Source: Aliivibrio fischeri ES114 (GTDB lineage Bacteria > Pseudomonadota > Gammaproteobacteria > Enterobacterales > Vibrionaceae). Taken from it: a DNA stretch of 32,000 bases. Location of the stretch: assembly GCF_000011805.1 (NCBI RefSeq), contig NC_006841.2, one strand, 5' to 3'. Position 1 is the first letter of the stretch. The number at the start of each line of letters is the position of its first letter. The notes below the pieces were generated by a model that was not told the origin of the DNA, made no database searches, and worked only from the letters and a program-made list of their open reading frames with translations. Shown here piece after piece: positions 26,669 through 32,000 of this stretch. The position numbers and the translations under genes were made by a program.

Positions 26669-26699
26669 AAAACCTCGTTCTTGTAGCGAGGTTTTTTAT
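26669..26699 (+). terminator. Rho-independent terminator of the PTS operon
   Basis: Stem aaacctcg / cgaggttt with a 9-nt loop, followed by TTTTT. Confidence 0.85.
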
Positions 26700-26804
26700 T
26701 TAACAAATCTGCACTTTTTTCACTATTTTTTTTAGCAACTTTCAAGTAATCTCGTTCCACATTTAAGACGCGTTAGACGTCACATCACTTCAAAGGAAAA
26801 AGTA

Positions 26805-27632
26805 ATGATATTAGATATTTCGATGTGGATTTGGATCCCGCTTGCGTTGGCTATCATCTTAGCGTTTATCAATCAAATCAAAGCCAGTTTTGCCTTACTT
26901 GGTATCACCTTAATTGGTGCCATCATAGAGCAACGACTAAACATGATTGGGTTAGCGGGGATTGCGGCAGGTTTGCTTGTTGCCTACAAAACACCAAGCT
27001 TAGAGAAAAAATGGCAACTAGGGGCATACCTATTTATCTTCTTATGGTGCATTGCATTATTTCTTCATTTAATCCCCGGTTTTAACAACGCCAAGGTATT
27101 GGATGCCGTTGTTACCGGCCCATTAAGCGTTCCATTTACCTTATATTTAAACCTAGATAAACCGCTTATCTTATTTGGATTATTACTTGCTTATCCCGCT
27201 CTATTGGGAAGCAAAGCCAACATCAACAAAAAAGCACTTATTTATACTGCGATTCCACTTTTTAGCTTGTTGCCTCTTGCGTGGGGATTAGGTGCATTAA
27301 AACCAGAGTTCACGCTCCCTAATTGGTGGTGGTTGTTTGCATTAAATAACCTATTGCTAACTTGTGTAGCCGAAGAAGCCTTCTTCCGAGGTTTTATACA
27401 ACAATCACTCAGTAAACGATTTGGTTGGATAGCAGGGGTAGCCGTAGCCAGTGTGCTATTTGGTATTGCTCATATTGGCGGCGGTTTACTCTTGGTTGTT
27501 TTTGCTACCTTAGCCGGAGTAGGTTATGGGTTAGCCTTTCATTACAGCGCACGTTTGTGGGTAGCGGTTGCGTTCCACTTCTTGTTTAACTTCATGCATT
27601 TGGTGTTTTTCACATACCCAATAATGAAATAA
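26805..27632 (+). CDS. CPBP-family intramembrane glutamic endopeptidase (CAAX protease / Abi family)
   Basis: Polytopic membrane protein with the family's three motifs: EEAFFRGF, FGIAH and HFLFN. Confidence 0.88.
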   Translation: MILDISMWIWIPLALAIILAFINQIKASFALLGITLIGAIIEQRLNMIGLAGIAAGLLVAYKTPSLEKKWQLGAYLFIFLWCIALFLHLIPGFNNAKVLDAVVTGPLSVPFTLYLNLDKPLILFGLLLAYPALLGSKANINKKALIYTAIPLFSLLPLAWGLGALKPEFTLPNWWWLFALNNLLLTCVAEEAFFRGFIQQSLSKRFGWIAGVAVASVLFGIAHIGGGLLLVVFATLAGVGYGLAFHYSARLWVAVAFHFLFNFMHLVFFTYPIMK

Positions 27633-27796
27633 CTCACTCAATTTAAATAACTTTTATAAATGAAACTGAGTGGGCTTTTGCATTTATTTACTGACTTAAG
27701 CCAATAATTTGCGAAACCCCATTCAGTATATCTTGACCGTCATCACGCTTAGAACTAAAGTCTCACATATAAGAGACAATCATTTACTGAGGTTAT

Positions 27797-28033
27797 ATGA
27801 AAGTAGAAGCTGTTGGCAAAATTCAAATGGAATCCATTGAAAGAGAAAAAAGCCAAGAAGTATTAAAGAACAGCATTAGCAACATGAAAATGCAAAACGA
27901 AGGCGTCTACGACCAACAAGCCATTAACTTTGCGCTCAAGCGTGGAGAGATAAAAGAGCAAGAAATAGAATCCAGAGTAAACCGTTTAAAGATTTACATG
28001 GATAAGCAGCGAGAGCTAAACAACATCGCATAA
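27797..28033 (+). CDS. Hypothetical 78-aa charged, coiled-coil-like protein
   Basis: ORF with SD tgagg 5 nt upstream. I recognise no family motif. Confidence 0.45.
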   Translation: MKVEAVGKIQMESIEREKSQEVLKNSISNMKMQNEGVYDQQAINFALKRGEIKEQEIESRVNRLKIYMDKQRELNNIA

Positions 28034-28035
28034 CG

Positions 28036-28075
28036 CTTGATGATTAAGGAATTTTATAATTGCTTAATCATCAAG
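28036..28075. repeat. Perfect 13-bp inverted repeat (hairpin) between convergent genes
   Basis: cttgatgattaag (28036-28048), a 14-nt loop, then cttaatcatcaag (28063-28075). It starts 2 nt after the stop codon of the 78-aa ORF. There is no flanking T-run on either strand. Confidence 0.7.
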
Positions 28076-28093
28076 ATATTTACTCGTTAATGA

Positions 28094-28513
28094 TTAATCA
28101 AAACGAACCGCAACACCCACATAAAACGCATCATTATCATGAAACTCTTCATCAACGTCTTTGTATCCAGCTCTGATAGTCACACGTTCAAAATCGTACC
28201 CTATCTCAGCCCCAAGGCTGTAGCTGTAATCAATATCCCTATTAAAGTAATGCATGCCGACAATTGGCGCTAGGTAGAATTGTTGTTTACGAAAAGCCGG
28301 TTTAATGTTGATACCAAATGAATGAACATCTTGGTTCCATTTTGTGAAATCTAACTCATACCCAAAATCCAGCTCTTGGTTAACAGGGAAATAAAAGCCA
28401 GACTGTAAAGAATAAGCGTTGGAGTTTGAGAGAGCATCAGCACTAAAATATACCTGTGGCTTTGCGAAACAAACACCAGAGAACAGAGCTAACAATAAGA
28501 AATACTTTTTCAT
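28094..28513 (-). CDS. Small outer-membrane beta-barrel protein (OmpX/OmpW-size porin-family protein)
   Basis: Signal peptide MKKYFLLLALFSGVCFA-KP, alternating aromatic/aliphatic strands and the terminal strand ..FYVGVAVRFD. Confidence 0.78.
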   Translation of the reverse strand: MKKYFLLLALFSGVCFAKPQVYFSADALSNSNAYSLQSGFYFPVNQELDFGYELDFTKWNQDVHSFGINIKPAFRKQQFYLAPIVGMHYFNRDIDYSYSLGAEIGYDFERVTIRAGYKDVDEEFHDNDAFYVGVAVRFD

Positions 28514-28686
28514 TTAATACATATCATTCATTTGGAGAATATTTAATTCTAGCACGGCAGAAAGGTAAGAAGCACCCTTCGGGCAACCCGCTTTATTTCG
28601 CGAATTGGTGTGTCACTCATTCTTCGCAATACACCAATGGCTCAACCAAGCCACAAAACGCTTCGCTGTACGGGTTACAATCAGGG

Positions 28687-30549
28687 CTATTTATTAATGC
28701 TAATAGCTGCTGCTTCAAGACTTTCACTTAATTCATTTTCTTTATGATAAGTGGCTAATAAGTTATGAGTTGCTCGCGTCATTCCTACATATAATCGACG
28801 AATATCTTCTGATCTATTATCGCTTTTTTTAGGAATATTGGATGAGTTTAAAATTACTACTGTTTTAAATTCCAATCCTTTACTGCTAGGAATGGGAAGA
28901 ACGTTAACGACATCATTGATTGGATTATATTGTTTTTTATGCTCAGAAGTAGCGAGTAATATATGAGGTATACTTCTAGTTTTTAGTGCTTCAGCAACTT
29001 TTTTGCCAATATGTTTACAAGGATAAATTATGGCGATATCGCTCCATGCATATCCATTTTGTTTCCAATGAACTAAACATTTAACTGCATATTCAACTTC
29101 TTGATCCATCGTTGAGAATTTTTTAACAACAGGATGAGAGCCTGTAATACCAGCAGATTCAGGATGAATTAATGGGATTTCTTTAGTATCCGAATTATCA
29201 AAATATTGTTTAGCAAACTGATAAGAAAAAGATAGTATTTCTCTGGTATTACGATAGTTTAAACGTAATACTGTAGTTCTTCCTTGGGCTTGAATTCCAA
29301 CACTTGCTAAACTAAAGTCTAAATTGCTTTTTTTCTTGTAGATAGATTGAGCATCGTCATATAGTAATAATAACGAATTTGTTTCAGGATCAATCATTTG
29401 AGTAATTAATGTTAGCCATTCTGCTTCAAAATCATGTCCTTCATCAATCAATAGTGCTCCATACTGCCCTTTTGGTATATTTCCTTTTTCAACACCCTCT
29501 ATGACAGTTTCAACTTGTCTTTCCCAATAAGGGGCTTCGCCCTTTTGAATATCTAAATTGTAAGTTTTAATTTGTTGCCCACACCAATCATGAAAATGAT
29601 AGACCTGAACTTGTCCTGCAATACCTTTATCATTGATAAAGCTACGGAGCCTTGCCGCTAATGTGATATTAAAGCAGAGTACTAAAATTGGTTTTTTTAA
29701 TTGCTCGGCTAAATGTAAGCAACGATAACCTAAGATCAACGTTTTTCCGGAACCAGCTACGCCATGAATGACTCGATGTCCATCACCTAAGCTTCTAGCT
29801 AACTGCTCCTGTTGAATATCCATGATTTTAATTATTTCAGGAATGTGATCATTTGGATTTATTAATTCGTTCGTATCTTCTAGAGGTAGCAGAGTTTGTT
29901 GTTCTGATGTTGAAATACGAATTTCTGGAAATAGATGCCATCGAATTCTATCAATTTGTGGTAATGATAATTGGTTTCCAAATTTATAATTGAACATATT
30001 CCAGAGTTTTGTTTGAAACTTTTCAGGATCTATTGTACTTACCATTTCATCTTTACAAATGACTAAGTGATGTGGAAGTACCGAGTCTTGAGCGTCTAAA
30101 GGAATAGCTCGATCTAACTGAATGCGAGTAATATTGGTTAATACAACGCCATACCCATAAGGAAGACACAAGTTACCTTTATATTTCCCATCTTGATTTA
30201 TAAGTAAGTTATCTCGTTTTAGTTTATCTATGACTTGATAACTACATTGACGTACTTGCTCAATAGGATTACTTGTTGTTTCAATGCCTTTTGATGTTAG
30301 TAATTCGACACGAGACGCATCTATATTTCTGATAGTATCAAGTTTCCAATCTTTTACTTCAAGAAATAGTAACCCACGTGCGGGATGTAAGATAATGAAA
30401 TCAGGGTAACGTCGTTGGCGTCCAACAGGGATGTCATACCAACATATGTAATCATCCTCTAATAAGTTTTCAACACGTTGCGCGAAACGTTTTTCTCCTG
30501 CCGTCATTTTAGATAAACAGGTATTTAATGTTGGTATTAGTTCAGCCAT
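28687..30549 (-). CDS. NERD (PD-(D/E)xK nuclease-related) domain fused to a UvrD-like SF1 helicase/ATPase
   Basis: 620 aa. The N-terminal NERD signature is AGEKRFAQRVENLL...YPDFIILHPARGLLFLEVKDW (D50 ... E64-x-K66). Walker A is GVAGSGKT (aa 263-270, nt 29740-29763). Walker B is LLIDEGHDF (D369, E370). The C-terminal UvrD_C-like motifs are SSKGLEFKTVVIL and LYVGMTRATHNL. Confidence 0.9.
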   Translation of the reverse strand: MAELIPTLNTCLSKMTAGEKRFAQRVENLLEDDYICWYDIPVGRQRRYPDFIILHPARGLLFLEVKDWKLDTIRNIDASRVELLTSKGIETTSNPIEQVRQCSYQVIDKLKRDNLLINQDGKYKGNLCLPYGYGVVLTNITRIQLDRAIPLDAQDSVLPHHLVICKDEMVSTIDPEKFQTKLWNMFNYKFGNQLSLPQIDRIRWHLFPEIRISTSEQQTLLPLEDTNELINPNDHIPEIIKIMDIQQEQLARSLGDGHRVIHGVAGSGKTLILGYRCLHLAEQLKKPILVLCFNITLAARLRSFINDKGIAGQVQVYHFHDWCGQQIKTYNLDIQKGEAPYWERQVETVIEGVEKGNIPKGQYGALLIDEGHDFEAEWLTLITQMIDPETNSLLLLYDDAQSIYKKKSNLDFSLASVGIQAQGRTTVLRLNYRNTREILSFSYQFAKQYFDNSDTKEIPLIHPESAGITGSHPVVKKFSTMDQEVEYAVKCLVHWKQNGYAWSDIAIIYPCKHIGKKVAEALKTRSIPHILLATSEHKKQYNPINDVVNVLPIPSSKGLEFKTVVILNSSNIPKKSDNRSEDIRRLYVGMTRATHNLLATYHKENELSESLEAAAISINK

Positions 30550-30819
30550 TTATTTGTACTACTAAGGCAATAATCTTACAATTATAAGCTTTTGTCCTAT
30601 TTTAAATCGTGATCTATAACAAAATTATATAACGACTTGATAAGTATGGATTTATTTAGTTTAGATTAACTTGTTTGTTAAAGATTAAGCTATGGAATAC
30701 ATTAATGGTATTTTTATAAAATCGAAATACTAAAAATGTCACTTATATCTCGTTTTTTATCATGCATCTAGATAAGATACTGATTATTAAAGTTTGATTT
30801 GTATTTTTTAGGATGAAGT

Positions 30820-31947
30820 ATGTCTGTTGAGTATTATGTAGACAAGTTCCGTAACTTAAACATGAATAGTAATAAAGGGAGAAAGAGCCCACATAAAGTA
30901 TGCATGTTACTTTCTGTTATGGACTTAATACAAGCGGGCTATATTTATAAAAATAGATTTCAACTTGATGCTACGTTAAAAGAACGTTTTACTCATTTCT
31001 TTAATGAGCGTAGGCATGAACAAGACCGAGATACTCCAGAGAATCCTTTTTTTCACCTTAAAAGTGAAGGTTTTTGGCATTTAGCTTATCAAGATGGTAT
31101 TGATGCTTCTCTTGTTAAAGGATACTCCGCTAAAGCTATTAATTATGCTTATTTGGATGATGAGCTATTTGATTACTTAAAAAGTATAATTGTTGTTAAT
31201 GATTTAAAAGATGCATTAGTTGAAAATTTATCTGATTTAACTGACCTTTACACTCAATGGTTGATTGATGTTGGGAAGTCAGAAAAAACTGCTAAAAATT
31301 ACTCTCAAGCGATTAGAGGTTCTATTTCAAATTGGATGATACAAGAGAATATTTTGGAAGAACCATTAACAAAAGTGAAGTCTTTTCGTGAGTTTTGTCG
31401 GCTATCTGAAACTGCTCGCTCTCTTGAGAAGTTTAAAAAGTTTAATGCAAACGGAAATCATATGTATAGCGCTGCATTAAATTCATATCAGCGCTTTTTA
31501 GCAGATTTATCGCAAGTTGATGTAAAAGCAGATATTCAAGAAATTTTTGAGGATAACAAACTTACCCAAACGGAAAAAACCATTATGGTTAATACTCGTA
31601 TGGGACAGGGGACATTTAGAAAGCAACTAATAGAAATGTGGAAAGGCTGCTCTGTTACTGGATATAAGAACACTCAGATGCTTGTTGCTTCTCATATAAA
31701 ACCATGGCGTGAAGCTAATAATACAGAACGTTTAGATAAATATAATGGACTACTGTTACTTGCTAATTTAGATAAAGCATTCGATCTTGGTTTTATCTCT
31801 TTTCAAAATTCAGGAAAATTAATGATATCGAGTCAATTGGAGGCTCCAGAGGTATTAGGGCTTAGAGATGATATGATCTTTAATGTTCACCGTGAGCATA
31901 AAAAGTATTTAGACCATCATCGTAAAATTTTATTCAAAGGTTTTTAG
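30820..31947 (+). CDS. Multidomain HNH nuclease: N-terminal reader-like domain, helical SAM-like/core-binding-like linker, C-terminal HNH_2-type nuclease. Candidate type IV (modification-dependent) restriction enzyme.
   Basis: 375 aa, SD aggatga. The C-terminus is RMGQGTFRKQLIEMWKGCSVTG...LVASHIKPW...RLDKYNGLLLLANLDKAFDLGFISF, the COG3440/HNH_2-style signature. The N-terminus has KSPHKVCMLLSVMDLIQAG ... ENPFFHLKSEGFWHL. The middle has SEKTAKNYSQAIRGSIS ... GNHMYSAALNSYQRFL. Confidence 0.88.
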   Translation: MSVEYYVDKFRNLNMNSNKGRKSPHKVCMLLSVMDLIQAGYIYKNRFQLDATLKERFTHFFNERRHEQDRDTPENPFFHLKSEGFWHLAYQDGIDASLVKGYSAKAINYAYLDDELFDYLKSIIVVNDLKDALVENLSDLTDLYTQWLIDVGKSEKTAKNYSQAIRGSISNWMIQENILEEPLTKVKSFREFCRLSETARSLEKFKKFNANGNHMYSAALNSYQRFLADLSQVDVKADIQEIFEDNKLTQTEKTIMVNTRMGQGTFRKQLIEMWKGCSVTGYKNTQMLVASHIKPWREANNTERLDKYNGLLLLANLDKAFDLGFISFQNSGKLMISSQLEAPEVLGLRDDMIFNVHREHKKYLDHHRKILFKGF

Positions 31948-32000
31948 TTTTATTAGAATTGCATTTAACCATTTTTCATTGGCACGATTAGGGCGCAAAT

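Noticed and set aside
27633-27680. Hairpin after the CPBP gene as a terminator (cactca ... tgagtg followed by ggcttttgc).
   Set aside because: It has a 6-bp stem, a ~25-nt loop and a short interrupted T-run. That is too weak to call.
28550-28686. Possible integron attC / Vibrio chromosomal-repeat site, or a tRNA fragment marking an island integration site.
   Set aside because: There is no GTTRRRY / RYYYAAC core pair at the ends, no repeated copies elsewhere in the window and no intI. There is no tRNA-like T-arm (GGTTCGAATCC-type) or acceptor stem. I kept it only as an unexplained junction segment.
2098-28731. About 25 track ORFs of 60-122 aa lie inside, antisense to, or out of frame with the large genes. 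Examples: 2098..2283, 2243..2611, 3052..3261, 4807..5019, 5061..5315, 5218..5406, 6155..6340, 7414..7623, 7657..7839, 9084..9290, 9503..9730, 9774..10031, 11415..11645, 11474..11689, 11859..12089, 12744..13073, 13808..14119, 15720..16010, 16877..17104, 21733..21918, 23038..23238, 24582..24791, 25699..25917, 26064..26300, 26423..26635, 26825..27085, 28456..28731.
   Set aside because: Each is fully overlapped by a longer ORF with clear family motifs. They have low-complexity or odd composition, no Shine-Dalgarno and no recognisable domain. They are shadow ORFs.
1-32000. CRISPR arrays, tandem repeats, IS elements/transposases, prophage integrases, rRNA/tRNA genes.
   Set aside because: I saw no periodic direct repeats in any intergenic gap. 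No ORF has DDE, serine or tyrosine recombinase motifs. No stretch has rRNA or tRNA signatures. A by-eye scan cannot exclude short dispersed repeats.
31965-32000. Possible 3' end of a minus-strand gene entering from the right edge (...ICALIVPMKNG*).
   Set aside because: Only 11 codons are visible, so it cannot be distinguished from chance.

Overview
This is a densely coding 32-kb stretch of a low-G+C gammaproteobacterial chromosome. It looks Vibrionaceae-like, judged only from protein resemblance (FRase I/NfsB-type nitroreductase, DtpA, NemA, GloA). I found no rRNA, tRNA, CRISPR array, transposase, integrase or integron attC.

Gene content, left to right:
- an edge-truncated GH2 beta-mannosidase (minus strand, absent from the supplied ORF track)
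- a dCache/HAMP chemoreceptor
- an HlyD / ABC ATPase / ABC-2 permease efflux operon
- two sub-threshold small ORFs in a gap that otherwise looks empty
- an electrophile/redox detoxification neighbourhood: nfsB-like nitroreductase divergent from a MerR-methyltransferase fusion, GNAT, Gfo/Idh/MocA oxidoreductase, EamA exporter, a gloA-nemA operon in which gloA carries an apparent 1-nt deletion, and a second OYE-family reductase
- embedded in that neighbourhood, a two-gene operon for a 714-aa secreted DUF6923-like/GEVED/LruC protein plus a lipoprotein
- two POT peptide transporters, a periplasmic rhodanese and a Tag-like glycosylase
- an orphan Ula-type PTS (IIB-IIC-IIA), a CPBP protease and a small outer-membrane barrel

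My best candidate for an undescribed system is at the right edge (28.7-32.0 kb). It is a visibly AT-richer locus of two divergently transcribed genes: a NERD-nuclease/SF1-helicase fusion, and a multidomain HNH nuclease with an N-terminal reader-like domain. The LruC operon and the MerR-methyltransferase module with its 19-bp-spacer promoter come next.

All functional calls rest on motifs read by eye and remembered family signatures. No database search was run.
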